Shown: positions 14,818 through 27,041 of the stretch, piece by piece
Numbering within the stretch: position 1 is the stretch's first letter
How the letters are laid out: each line of letters opens with the position of its first letter
Assembly: GCA_013416795.1 (NCBI GenBank)
Contig: RQSC01000026.1
Span: forward strand, 269-64,268
DNA: 64,000 nt
Origin: Prasinococcaceae sp. CCMP 1430
Taxonomy: Eukaryota > Plantae > Prasinodermophyta
Direction of reading: 5' to 3'
Program-made: the position numbers and the translations under genes
The notes under the pieces: model-generated
What the model was told of the DNA's origin: nothing
The model's database searches: none
What the model saw: only the letters and a program-made list of their open reading frames with translations

Positions 14818-17800
14818 ATGCCCGAGGGCGCGGCGACCGCCGCCAGCGCTGGAGGCTCCAGCGCAACAGTGACGGCCACGGAGGCGTCGGCGACGGCGAA
14901 GGCCGCCGCCGCCAAGCCGTCTGGGTGGATCAGGAGCTATGGGTGCATGTTGACATTTCTGGAGCACGACGACGACTCGGAGTCGGCGGCGTGGCGCTTA
15001 GGCGCGAAGAGGAAGCGCGGCGAGGCTGACAGCGGCGGTACTGGCAGCGGGTGCGCCGACGAGGCGGCCGGCTGCCGGGGGAAGGGGAAAGCAGAGGGCG
15101 CGGAGCCCCCCCGCGCGATGCGGACCGGAGGCGACGGCGCTGCCTTCGCACTGCGCGGCCTGCACGGGGTCTTGAAGGAGCTCGAGCGCGTCGAACGGCC
15201 CATCTGGAACCGGCCTGACAAGCCCTCCCCAATGTACGCGGTCAGCCCGCCCCGCCCGATTGAGGTCGACGCCGTCGCCTCGGCCATCCGGGAACCCCGT
15301 CGCTACGTGGGCTGGCAGAGGGCGCGCGCGAACGACGCCACTGCCACCGAGGTGCGTGTCGTCGTCAGCATAAGTTAGAGGACGCGAATGCAAGCAATTC
15401 TAAGCCATGCGGAGGCCGCGTTCAATGCGCTCATGCAGGCGCGTTGCTGACACATGCGCGCGAATGCGCACGCTTGCGACCAGCCCTACTACGCACCACC
15501 CCTTCCCTGGCGGCGGGCTCTTAGGAAGCGCGCACACCCCGTCACCGTGACTGCCGAGTCGCACGAGTGTGCGAACCCGGCAAAGAACAGGCCATCTCCA
15601 GCGCCGGCGAGTCGGCCTGGGGGCGCGGTGGCCGCGGCAAGCACCGGTGCGGCAGATCCTAGCGACGCCGTCGTCGAGGAACTCATGCGACGCACCGCCG
15701 ATCCACTCCCCGTGGCCGCGGGCGAATGGCAAGGTGCTGAGCAGACGTCCCACGGGCCCTCCGCGCCGGCGCAAGATGACAGCGGTGGGCGATCGTCTTT
15801 GCCGATGGACTATGAGGTCAGTCGGGTCAAGAGCGTCACCGAGCCCGGGGGCCCGGCGGCCGCGGCAAGCACCGGCGCGGCAGACCATAGCGACGCCGTC
15901 GTCGAGGAACTCATGCGACGCACCGCCGATCCACTCCCCATGGCCGCGGGCGAGTGGCAAGGTGCTGAGCAGACGTGCCACGGCCCCTCCGCGCCGGCGC
16001 AAGATGACAGCGATGGGCGATCGTCTTTGCCGATGGACTATACAGTACTGTACTGCAAACAGTACTGTAAGGTCAGTCGGGTCGAGAGCGTCACCGAGCC
16101 CAAAAAGGGCACTCAGGTCTTCTCGGTCGAGCAGAAGGGCGGTGACGCGCCGACTCGCACCGCCAAGCCTCCTCCAGGAGGATCGGCGACGATTCGGGCG
16201 GCCCACACGCCAGCACAAGGCAAGGCAGCCGTTGGCAGTGGCAGTGCGCGGCCCGCGCGCGCCGACAACCCCGATCCGCTACCTACCTTCGCGGGTGAGC
16301 CGAAGTGGGACCCTCGGGGGGCACTCCCATATGACATGAGGTCATATGAGGTAGATACCCTCCCTACCTGGCCATATGGCGGCGAGAAAATGGACACCGC
16401 CACCGACGCTCTTTACGAAGCGCCGGAGCAAGTCATCGAGGAAGTTGCTCTGTGGGAGTGTCGAGAGGGGAGCGGTGAGGGTTTGCCGCACTTTCTAGCT
16501 CTGCTGTCTCACCCAAAGGCTGCCGCCGAGTTGCGCCGCTCTCTGTCGGCGGATGAATACTCTTCACGGGCGGGCGTCATCCGGCGCTCCATAGACACCA
16601 TAGCCGCATCTGCCACGCAGCTAATAGTGTCCTTGGCGGGCACTCGCAGGAGCCTCTTATTGGAGGAGCTTGCCTTCTGGGTGTTCGACCGCGTGATGCC
16701 GCACGTGGAAGCTGCTTTGATCCTCGACTACTACAGTCGTAATTGGGTGCGAGTGGACAGCTGGCAAAGCATTGCTCTACTGGCGGCTTCGGTTTGTTTC
16801 CACGTGGCTGAGAAGTGGGAAGAGCGCCCCGTGCGCCCCATTTCGCATAGTTTGATGTCGAACTGGGATTCCGTCATCTCGAACGGATCTTTCGTCAAAA
16901 TGGAGCTGGCGGTTCTGGGCATCGTCGACTGGAAAATGCCGCAGGCTGCTCCCATCGACGCCCTCGCCAAGGCCATGCTAGTCGCGACGAAGGCGATCCG
17001 TCCCGGCCGTGTCCGCGGGGATCGCAAGTCCACCGCGACCGATTCTGACTCGCTGCTGAACTGCGTGCTCGATTGCGGGCACACGCTCGTGCGCCTTCGC
17101 ACCGCTCGGCGGATGCGGCCAAGCCTGCGCGTGGCCGGAGCGGTCGTCGCGGTGATCGCCTTGTACGCCGGCCGATCGTCCGAGTTGGCAAGAGGAGCCG
17201 CTTTAGTAGCGTCCAAGGGCACAGGAGCGGCGGCGAAGGCGCGTGTGCTGCTCCGCCGGCTCGTTCGAGCCGAGGAATGGGAGATGGATGCGGCGGAGGT
17301 CCAAGCGTCGGCAGTGATTTCGGTCCGCGCGAGCGCCGCTGGCGCACACACCGCCACGGTGCGCTGCGCACTGGACGAGGCATCCCACTTCGCGTTCTGC
17401 AATGACCAATGCGACGACACGGGCGGGAGCGCGAGCAAGAGCAGAATGGCTGATACGGCGCCGGAAGCAGCTGAAGTGGCTGGCGCGTCGGCGCCACAGG
17501 CGGAGACCAGCCTGAAGACCTCGCCCGCTGAGGAGCTCGCCGCCATTACCAACGAAGCCCGCGAGCGCCTCGCGGCGCTCGGGCTAGGAATGAATACCAG
17601 CGACAAGCCAGGGCGGTCGGTGCCGCCAGCGGACGCTGGCGCGGCAAGAGAGGGCGCGAGGCAGGGAGGCCACGCGTCGGAGCCTGGCATTGGCGTCACA
17701 GGCAGCGCTGCCAGTGGCGGCGTGCTCACCAAGACAGCCGGCAGTGTCGGAGCCGCTGGCAAGGGCGGCGGCGCGCACAACATTGTGAGCCACAGTGACC

Positions 17801-17946
17801 TTCAGGCGCGCCCGCCCGCCACAAAGTTGGCGGTGCAGTGGCTCGCGCGGCGGCTCGCGCGGGCGTGCTGTTGCGGCGACTCGCCGGGCAGCGCGAGCGA
17901 CGACGAGGATGAGTTGGCCACTAAGAAAGCGAAGGGCGCATACTAG
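14818..17946 (+). CDS. Large divergent cyclin-box protein (D-type-like), ~1000 aa; exons 14818-15351 and 15484-17946
   Basis: Cyclin N-domain pattern: LAFWVFDRVM; LLAASVCFHVAEKWEE; FVKMELAVLGIVDWKM...PIDAL. A phase-0 intron (GTGCGT..GCTGAC..CCAG) joins the two ORFs. Confidence 0.75.
15631..16100 (+). repeat. Intragenic tandem duplication (period 228 nt, 76 aa) in the cyclin-like gene
   Basis: AAASTGAAD.SDAVVEELMRRTADPLP.AAGEWQGAEQT.HGPSAPAQDDS.GRSSLPMDY...VSRV.SVTEP occurs twice with few substitutions. Confidence 0.95.
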
Positions 17947-18618
17947 CGGCATATATGTGCTGGTGCTGCCCGTGCTCATGGTGACGACACGGACGACGGA
18001 GCGAGCCGAGGAGGGCACTCGCCCATTCACCACCATCGTGACACCAACGACGGAACGTATACCAACCAACCAGCGGACCAAGTACGAATGATGTGCCCGT
18101 GCCCGTGCCGACGTATAAACGGACCGACGTCCAACCACCCCACCGTCCCAACGGCGTGCCTTCCATGCCGACGACTGACGTACCACTACTACTACTGTTA
18201 CCACGTGCCGAGGGTGCGGCTGTGCAGCGGCACGCGACTCGTGGCGCAAGCCTACTGGCAGCGCTGTGGCGCGCCGCATGCAGGCAGAGTAAAATGCGCA
18301 CCGCAGCGGCGTTGTCATCGCTACAGCACCGCGCGACGAGCGCGCGCGCGCGCCGCCGTGTCGCAGAGCCCCCCCGACCGGCCGCCACGGGCGTCCACGG
18401 CGCTCGGTCAGGGGCACTCACGGCAGGGCTACGGTCCGTCGCACCGTCATACCGCAGGGAATACTACGGATTCAGGTTAGGGTTGTATTTGGGGTTGGAT
18501 GTAAGTAGGTTTTGATACCGCGGGCAGCGTAACGGGTGCGCCCGGCGGCGCCGCCCGCGGCAGACGGCGGGCACGGACTTCCGCACGATTCGCGCTATGC
18601 CTCGGCAAGCGGCGGCTC

Positions 18619-19777
18619 ATGACGGAGCTCGCCGCCGAGGCCGACGCGCGGGCCGCGGACACCGGGGCGGCGACGCTGTCGTCGCAGGCGTTCAACCGCG
18701 TGCTCGCGTGCCCCGCGTGCGGCAAGAAGTGCGCCGTGTCGATGACGACGTGCAACGGCTGCGGCGCGCCGCTCGACGGCGTCGCCGAGTCCAAAACCGA
18801 GAACCTCTTCGTCGGGTTCGCGCTGGGGGCGGGCGCGGCGGCGTTCGGGCCTCTGACCATGTCGCTGAGGCGCGAGAGCGAGGATGCACTCGTGTTCGAC
18901 GATCCGTTAGCGCTCTCGAGATGCCACGTGCTGGCGGTGCCGACGCGCGCGTACGTGTCCGACGTGCGCGGGCTCTTCGTCACGCCGGCGGACGGCCTCG
19001 CGATGCTCAGGGCGCTCGAGGCCGAGGCGTGGGCGGCGGTGCGCGACCGCGCAATCAGGTGAGACGCGCGCCGCCCTGCGGCGCTCCGCCCCGTCCCAGC
19101 CGACCGCGCTGACACGCGACCGCCTCTTTCCCAGCGACACCGCCTTCCGCGATCGCGCGCTGTCCGCGGCGGGGCGCGCGCTCGACGAGGACGGCCTGCG
19201 GGCGCGCGTCGTCGCGGGCTTCAACTTGCCGCCCTCGCAGTACCAGTTGCACCTGCAGTACATCCTGCCGCCGCTGCTGCCGTCTCACCTCGTGCTGCTG
19301 CGCAAAGGCGTGCACTTCCAGGCGGGGCGTTTCGTGCCGCTCGGGTACGCGCTCAAGGCGCTCGAGGCGCTTGCCACGAGCCCGGCCGCCCAGGCGCTCG
19401 AGGGAGCATCGGACATGAGCGCAGGCGCGTTCTTCGCCGCTGTGGAGGCAGCCACTGGTGTGTCATACGAAGTGGAGCACGCTCGTGCCCTGGAGCGGGC
19501 GGTGGCGGCCAACGCCGAGCTTGCCGCGTACGAGACGGCCGACTTCACGCTGGCCGTGCGCGGCGCAGAGGTGCGCGCGCTCGGCGGCGCGGGCGCGGAC
19601 TGCGGTGAGCTGCCGAGCGCTGCGAGCGTCGTGCGGGCCGACACGAAGCTCCTGCAGGGGTATGGGCGCGCGCCGTCCGGCATGCGCTACTACAGCCACG
19701 CGCGCCCGCTCGGCCCCCTGCCGATGCTCGGCACCAGGGCGCCGAGGGCGGAGGAGGCGCTCCCACACGCTGCATAG
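18619..19777 (+). CDS. Zn-ribbon plus HIT-like (DcpS_C/HINT3/aprataxin-like) protein; exons 18619-19058 and 19135-19777
   Basis: CPACGK..CNGCG Zn-ribbon; FDDPLALSRCHVLAVP and GFNLPPSQYQLHLQYI match HIT-fold motifs; the GTGAGA..GCTGAC..CCCAG intron restores the frame; TGTAA follows at 19784. Confidence 0.75.
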
Positions 19778-19997
19778 CCGCCTTGTAACTCTAGGAAACA
19801 CACACACACATACACGTGTCCTTTACACAATCGTGCGTCCACGCACCGCCGCGCCGGCGGCGCGTGCGTCGCCGGGGAGTCGCACGAGCGGCGCCCACCG
19901 GCGACACGACGCCAACAAAAAATCGCGCAAAACTTCGCAGCGCGGCTGCCGACGCAGCCGGCTATTATGTATCGCACGCCCTGGCCCGCGGTCCGCG

Positions 19998-21424
19998 TCA
20001 TTGGCCCTCGCGCCCTGGCGCCGGAGCGTCCTCGAGCTTCGAGGGCGTCCGTGTCTTCTCCGCGGCCTTGAGCATCTCGTTGGCAAGCCACTCGGCGCCC
20101 TCGGCCTCGCCGGGCTCTGCCGGTCGGGCGGGGGTCGGGCGCTGTCCGAGTCCCGGCCCCTCCACCCGCTCCTGTTGCTCCTGCGCCACCGTCGACTGCT
20201 TCGTCGACACCGGTGCCATGTACGACACCAGCATCTTCTGGGCCTTCGGGTTGCGCAGCTTTCGCAGCGCCTTGAGCTCGATCTGCCGGATTCGCTCGCG
20301 CGTGACGCCGTAGGCCGCGGATATCTCCACCAGCGACAGCGAGCGGCCGTCGTGCGAGTCGAGCCCGTAGCGCATGCGAAGCACATTGCGCTCGCGAGGC
20401 TCGAGGAGCAGCAGAATGTCCTTGAGCGCCAGCCGGATGTCCTCCGAGATGGGGTGCCGGGCCTCGCCATCGTCGTCGAGGTCCTCGACGCCGAGGCCCT
20501 CGCCGCCCGTCGCCTGCAAGAGCAGCTCGTCGGCGAGCGCATTGGAGCTCATCGGCGTCCCGCTGGAATTGTTGGCCGTCTCGAGCGTCTGGTCGAGGCT
20601 CACCAGGTCCCTGCTGGCGCGCAGAAGGTCCTCGACCTTTTGCACGGACATGCCCACGCGCTTCGCGATGGCCTCCACCGGCGGATCGCCCGAGTTGACG
20701 TCGCCCTCGCGCATGAGCTCGGCGCGCGCCTTCTTGATGCGCGCCACCTGCTCGTACACGTGCGAGGGCAGGCGCACGGTGCGACTCTGGTTTGCGATGG
20801 CCCTGCTGATGCCCTGGCGGATCCACCACGTGACGTACGTGCTCAGGCGGTAGCCCTTGTCCCACTGGAACTTGTCGATGCCGTAGATGAGGCCGACGGT
20901 GCCGGCGTGCACCAGCTCGGTGATGGGCAGCCCCATCTTCTTGTAGCGCCCCGCGATGCTCAGCACCAGCCGCATGTTGGCCTCCACCATGCACAGGCGC
21001 GCCGCCTTTCCCTCGCGCGCCGCGCGCCGGAGCACGTCGGGCGACTCGTATCCGAGCTGGGCGGCGAGCTCCGCGACTGACGGCTGGCGGCCGAGCTCGC
21101 GCTGCATGGAACGCCGCTCGCGGCTGATGAGCACGTACTGTCGCGCGCTCTTGGCGAACTCGAGCTCGTCCGCGGCGGTGAGCAGCGGCACGTCCGAGAG
21201 CGACTCGACGAGCCCGCTGAGCATGTTGCCCTCGCCGAACGACGTTCGCGTCCGACGCTCGATCGGCGCGACGCCGTCGCTCTCCGCGCCGTCGCCCTGG
21301 CTCGTCCTGCCGCGCGTGCGGGCGCCGCCCACGCCGAGCCTCCGCGCGCGCGCGCGCCTCTCGCGCGGCGCCTGCGCCAGCGCCTTGCCCCGTTTCGAGC
21401 CCGCCTGCAGCGAGCTCGCCGCCA
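19998..21424 (-). CDS. rpoD: Nuclear-encoded plastid RNA polymerase sigma-70 factor; 5' end in the gap
   Basis: LLTAADELEF (region 1.2), MVEANMRLVLSIA, GIDKFQWDKGYRLSTYVTWWIRQGISRAIANQSRTVRLP (region 2), RERNVLRMRYGL...VTRERIRQIELKALRKLR (region 4). Confidence 0.96.
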
Positions 21425-22877
21425 NNNNNNNNNNNNNNNNNNNNNNNNNNNNNNNNNNNNNNNNNNNNNNNNNNNNNNNNNNNNNNNNNNNNNNNNNNNN
21501 NNNNNNNNNNNNNNNNNNNNNNNNNNNNNNNNNNNNNNNNNNNNNNNNNNNNNNNNNNNNNNNNNNNNNNNNNNNNNNNNNNNNNNNNNNNNNNNNNNNN
21601 NNNNNNNNNNNNNNNNNNNNNNNNNNNNNNNNNNNNNNNNNNNNNNNNNNNNNNNNNNNNNNNNNNNNNNNNNNNNNNNNNNNNNNNNNNNNNNNNNNNN
21701 NNNNNNNNNNNNNNNNNNNNNNNNNNNNNNNNNNNNNNNNNNNNNNNNNNNNNNNNNNNNNNNNNNNNNNNNNNNNNNNNNNNNNNNNNNNNNNNNNNNN
21801 NNNNNNNNNNNNNNNNNNNNNNNNNNNNNNNNNNNNNNNNNNNNNNNNNNNNNNNNNNNNNNNNNNNNNNNNNNNNNNNNNNNNNNNNNNNNNNNNNNNN
21901 NNNNNNNNNNNNNNNNNNNNNNNNNNNNNNNNNNNNNNNNNNNNNNNNNNNNNNNNNNNNNNNNNNNNNNNNNNNNNNNNNNNNNNNNNNNNNNNNNNNN
22001 NNNNNNNNNNNNNNNNNNNNNNNNNNNNNNNNNNNNNNNNNNNNNNNNNNNNNNNNNNNNNNNNNNNNNNNNNNNNNNNNNNNNNNNNNNNNNNNNNNNN
22101 NNNNNNNNNNNNNNNNNNNNNNNNNNNNNNNNNNNNNNNNNNNNNNNNNNNNNNNNNNNNNNNNNNNNNNNNNNNNNNNNNNNNNNNNNNNNNNNNNNNN
22201 NNNNNNNNNNNNNCGCGCCAGCACCGCGCGGCCGCGCGACGCTCCCCGCGCGGGTAAAAAAAAAAAAAAGCACCACCAAAATTAGGGTCTCTTCCAAAGA
22301 GGGTCCACGTTCAGGTCCTTCGAGGTTCGTTCTCATGCATCCGTGCGCGGCCTCCACGAGCGGCGAGGTTCAGTTTTTTTTTTTTTTTTTTCGGGCCGCG
22401 TCGCGCGCGCGCGCACCTCGCCCGATCTGCCGCGCCCGGGCCCGGCGGGGAAAAAAAAAAAAAACGCCGGGGGCGGAGCATTGGAATTAAAACATCGCGC
22501 CCGAAAACGAATCCCAGAAACGGATCCGAATTCCGCCGTCGCGCGGAACGGGGGACGGGAACGCGAACGCGACCCCCAAAAACAGCGGGGACGAAAATGG
22601 GCGCTTTTTTTAGTTGGCGAAGAGAGCGCGCGAAACGCGAACAAAATCCGTCGCGCGGCCGAGGGCAACCTGCGACGTTTGACCTGCATACACACACACA
22701 GTAGTCGCAGACAGTCACAGTCACACCCACATAAAAACACAGTCACACAAAAAAACACAAAAAAAAACAAAAAAAAAAAAAACACCAAGAGAGTCGTAAG
22801 TTGGCAGTGCTTACGTATTAATGTGTAGTGACTACAGTATTTTTTATTTTTTATTTTTTATTTTTTTTATTTTTTCG

Positions 22878-23066
22878 TGCCTGCCTGTCTGCCTGTCTGT
22901 CTGCCTGTCTGTCTGTCTGCCTGCCGGGCTCTCGCCCGCCCCCGGCCGGATGAACCTCCCGCACAAGTCCCTCCGCTCGCCCCTTCCTTCCCCCCGCGCG
23001 GCGCGCCTCGGCTCGGATCGCCGAGCCGATGACTGAGGCTGAGGCTGAGGCTGAGGCTGAGGCTGA
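22878..23066. repeat. (CTGT/CTGC)n and (GAGGCT)n microsatellites in the sigma/kinesin intergenic region
   Basis: Tetramer run at 22878-22925; hexamer run at 23033-23066; many poly-A/T tracts at 22256-23372. Confidence 0.85.
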
Positions 23067-24201
23067 GCTGCCCGGCCCACCGACCGCCTCCGTCCCCCCC
23101 TGCCTCGGATTCGCGGCTCGCCTGCACGCGCGGGGATCCCTCCGCCTCCGTCCCGGCTGGCCGGCCGGAGATACACCGGGAACCTCGCACCGCCGGCCTG
23201 CCATCCCAGCCAGGCCCCTGCCCGACACCAGAGCACAATAACGGTATAAAATTCAGGGTTTACAAGTAATGTCATGGTATTTTGGAATGTTCGGAGGTCG
23301 GAGGTATGGGTTTGCGGCGTCGCGGCGGGAGGCGGCGCCGGCCGGCGCCGTTTTTTTTTTTTTTTTTTTTTTTGGCGGCGGCGGCGCGCGGTGCAGCGGA
23401 TAGCGCTCTGCGCTGGGCGCGCGCGCGCCGCACTTGCTGCGTGCGTGTGCGTGTTGTGTGTGTGTGTGTTGAGGGGGGGGGGGGAGCGCAGGCGCAGACG
23501 CGAGTGGGTGAGTGGGGCCGTTGGCGTGTTGGTGCGCTCGCTCGCTCCGTGCCTGCCTGCGTGTGCGTGCGCGCGGCGTGGTCGGGGGCTGCGTTTGACT
23601 GCTCGCGCTCGCTGGCGCGAGCGCGCGCGCCCGGCCCGTGCACGTACGCGCGCACCTGCAGCCTCTCTGCCTGTCGCTGTCGCGGTGCCGGTGCGCGTGC
23701 GTGCAGCATATGCCTGCAGCGCGCGTTTGCGCGCCAAAACGTCCCTGCACGCCCCCCCCGTCCCGTCCACAGCCCCCCCCCCCCCTCCTCTGTGTGGTGT
23801 GCGTGCGCGCGCGCGCGACGCCGGCCGCGAGCGGTTATCGCCGCGCGCCGATCGCATGCGTTTTGCCCTGCGGGGTTTTGCGGCCCACGCGCGCGCGCGC
23901 GCGCGGCGCCGAAACCATGCCTTTTTTTCCCGCGCGCGCGCTTCGCGGCGCGCGGCCCGCCCTCCGGAAACTCCCGCGGCGGAAGGCCCAATACGCCCCG
24001 GAACATCCGTCGATTATCCCCCCGCGTTCAACTCCGATCGCACGCAAAAATCGAAACGGCGGATGGGAATACGATGCGGATGTGGCGCGACGGAAGGCGG
24101 GGGGAAAATGAGCGGGGTTTCGGCGGGTGCGAACGTGGGGTCGCGGGAAGAGCGCGCGCGCGCGCGTGTGTGTAGCGCGCGCGGTGCAGAGTGCGAGTGC
24201 G

Positions 24202-24253
<52 letters not shown>

Positions 24254-24254
24254 N

Positions 24255-24750
24255 GAGCGCGCTTGTCCGCGCCGCGCTGGATGGATATCAGGTGACGGTC
24301 TTCGCTTTCGGACAGACAGGCGCAGCCAAGACCTACACCATTTCCGGGCCCGTGGAGCGCAAAGGCCGGCTGCACAGCGACGACTCGATCGGGCTCGTCG
24401 CGCGCGCACTGCGCGAGACGTACAGCGAGATGCGTCGCGAGGAGGGGAAGGGAAGGGTGCGCTTCTCGCCGCGCGCGACCTTCTCAGAGATCTACAACGA
24501 GGAGTGCACAGACCTGCTGGCGCGCGAAAGAAGGAAGGGCCAGCGCCTGGCGATGCGCCACCATCCGCACCATGGTTTCTACCTGGAGGGCCTGACGGAG
24601 GTCGAGTGCCACGACGAGCGCGAGGCGATCAACGTCCACGAGACTGGGCTCGCGAAGCGGCGGACGGGCAGCCATTTGCTGAACGCGACGTCCACGCGCT
24701 CGCACTGCCTCCTCACGCTGCACCTCGACGCTGCACCGACTGAGGGCAAC
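24255..24750 (+). CDS. Kinesin motor-domain fragment (KIF12/kinesin-16-like), truncated after switch I
   Basis: [62 protein letters not shown]; DLAGSE is absent downstream. Preceded by a (TG)n run and a single n at 24254. Confidence 0.8.
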
Positions 24751-24759
24751 GCTCGCGAC

Positions 24760-27041
24760 GCGCGGCGGCGCCCGTCGCCGCCCCGGTCGCGCCCGGCGTG
24801 GCGCCCGGCATGGCGCCCGGCATGGCGCCCGGCGCCGTGCCGTACGGCCTGGAGGACATCCGCGACAAGAAGCGCGTGCCGCTGCCCACCACCGACGGCA
24901 CGGGCATCTACGGCTTCGACGACGCGCTGGGCGGGCACCACGGCCACCTGGGCTACCGCTGGGACCAGTACAAGCGGATGCGCTACGCCATCGAGGAGAA
25001 CGAGGGCGGCCTGGAGAAGTTCTCGCGCGGCTACGAGATCTACGGCTTCACCGAGACGGACGAGGGCATCTGGTACCGCGAGTGGGCGCCCGGCGCGCAC
25101 TCCGCCTCGCTCATCGGCGACTTCAACGGCTGGAACGCCGGCTCGGACCCCATGACCAAGAACGAGTTCGGCACCTTCGAGGTCTTCCTGCCCAACAACG
25201 CCGACGGCACCCGCGCCATCCCGCACGGCTCCAAGGTGAAGATCCACCTCCTGACCGCGAGCGGCGAGTGGCAGGACCGCATCCCGGCGTGGATCAAGTT
25301 CGCCACGCAGGACCCCGGCGCCATCCCCTTCGACGGCATCTACTACAGCCCGCCCGAGGAGGAGCGCTACAAGTTCAAGCACGCGCGCCCGCGCAAGCCG
25401 GAGAACCTGCGCATCTACGAGGCGCACGTGGGCATGTCGTCGGAGCACCCGGTCATCAACTCGTACGTCGACTTCCGCGACAACGTGCTGCCGCGCATCA
25501 AGAAGCTGGGCTACAACGCCGTGCAGCTCATGGCCATCCAGGAGCACGCGTTCTACGGCTCGTTCGGCTACCACGTGACCAACTTCTTCGCGTGCTCGAG
25601 CCGCTGCGGCACGCCCGACGAGCTGAAGAGCATGGTCGACCGCGCGCACGAGCTCGGCCTGCACATGATCGTCGACATCGTGCACTCGCACGCCTCGAAC
25701 AACGTCAACGACGGCATCAACATGTTCGACGGCACCGAGGGCCAGTACTTCCGCGAGGGACCGCAGGGCTACCACTGGATGTGGGACAGCCGCTGCTTCA
25801 ACTACGGCTCGTGGGAGGTCATGCGCTTCCTGCTCTCGAACGTGCGCTGGTGGGTGGAGGAGTACAAGTTCGACGGCTTCCGCTTCGACGGCGTGACCTC
25901 GATGATGTACGACCACCACGGCCTGAGCGTGGCGTTCACCGGCGACTACAACGAGTACTTCGGCATGGCCACCGACCAGGAGGCCATGGTGTACATGATG
26001 CTCGTCAACGACATGCTGCACAACCTGTACGACTTCACCACCACCATCGCCGAGGACGTGTCGGGCATGCCCGCGCTGTGCAGGCCCGTCCACGAGGGAG
26101 GCACGGGCTTCGACTACCGCATGAACATGGCGGTGGCCGACCTGTGGCAGGACCTCTTCAAGGACGCCGTGCCCGACGAGAACTGGGGCATGGGCCACAT
26201 CACCTTCACCATGACCAACACGCGGTGGGGCGAGAAGACCGTCGGCTACGCCGAGTGCCACGACCAGGCCCTCGTGGGCGACAAGACCATCGCCTTCTGG
26301 CTCATGGACAAGGACATGTACGACTACATGTCCTCGCTGAGCCCCGCGAGCGACACCGTCAACCGCGGCATCGCGCTACACAAGATGATCCGCCTGCTGA
26401 CGTTCTCGCTCGCCGGCGAGGGCTACCTCAGCTTCATGGGCAACGAGTTCGGCCACCCCGAGTGGATTGACTTCCCTCGCGCGGACCGCGAGGAGCGCGG
26501 CAAGTTCATCCCTGGCAACGGCGGCTCTCTGCACCACTGCCGCAGGCGCTGGGACCTCGCGGACGCCGACCATCTGCGCTACCACTACCTGATGGACTTC
26601 GACCGCAAGATGATGCACCTCGACATCGCCTACGGCTTCATCAAGCACGGCCACAACTACATCTCGCGCAAGGACGAGGGCGACAAGATGATCGTGTTCG
26701 AGAAGGGCGACCTGGTGTTCGTCTTCAACTTCCACCCGTACCACTCGTACGCCGACTACCGCGTGGGGTGCAACGAGGGCGGCAAGTTCCTGTGCGTGAT
26801 GAGCTCGGACCTGCCGACCAGCGGCGGCTGGAACAACCTGCACGAGGGCACCGAGCACTTCGCCGACATGATGCAGCACGACAACAGGCCCGCGAGCTTC
26901 CAGTGCTACGCGCCTGCGCGCACGGTGGCGGTGTATGCGCCCGCGCGCTTGGTGGAGGAGGGGATTGCGCCGGCGTGGTGGTACGACGACTGGGAGCCCA
27001 CGCTCGCGCACGCGGACCCGAACCCGCAGTACCTCCAGTAA
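24760..27041 (+). CDS. SBE: Starch branching enzyme (GH13, SBEII-like), intronless; true transit-peptide start probably missing
   Basis: YREWAPGA (CBM48 region), [86 protein letters not shown]; TGTAA at 27250. Confidence 0.97.

Noticed and set aside
16440-16470. Rb-binding LxCxE motif in the cyclin
   Set aside because: The sequence is L-W-E-C-R-E; the spacing is off by one.
22214-24200. ncRNA, tRNA or snRNA in the long intergenic region (also 56793-57303)
   Set aside because: No cloverleaf, Sm site with stem-loops or other recognisable motif was seen; a covariance-model search (Infernal/Rfam) would be needed to exclude it.
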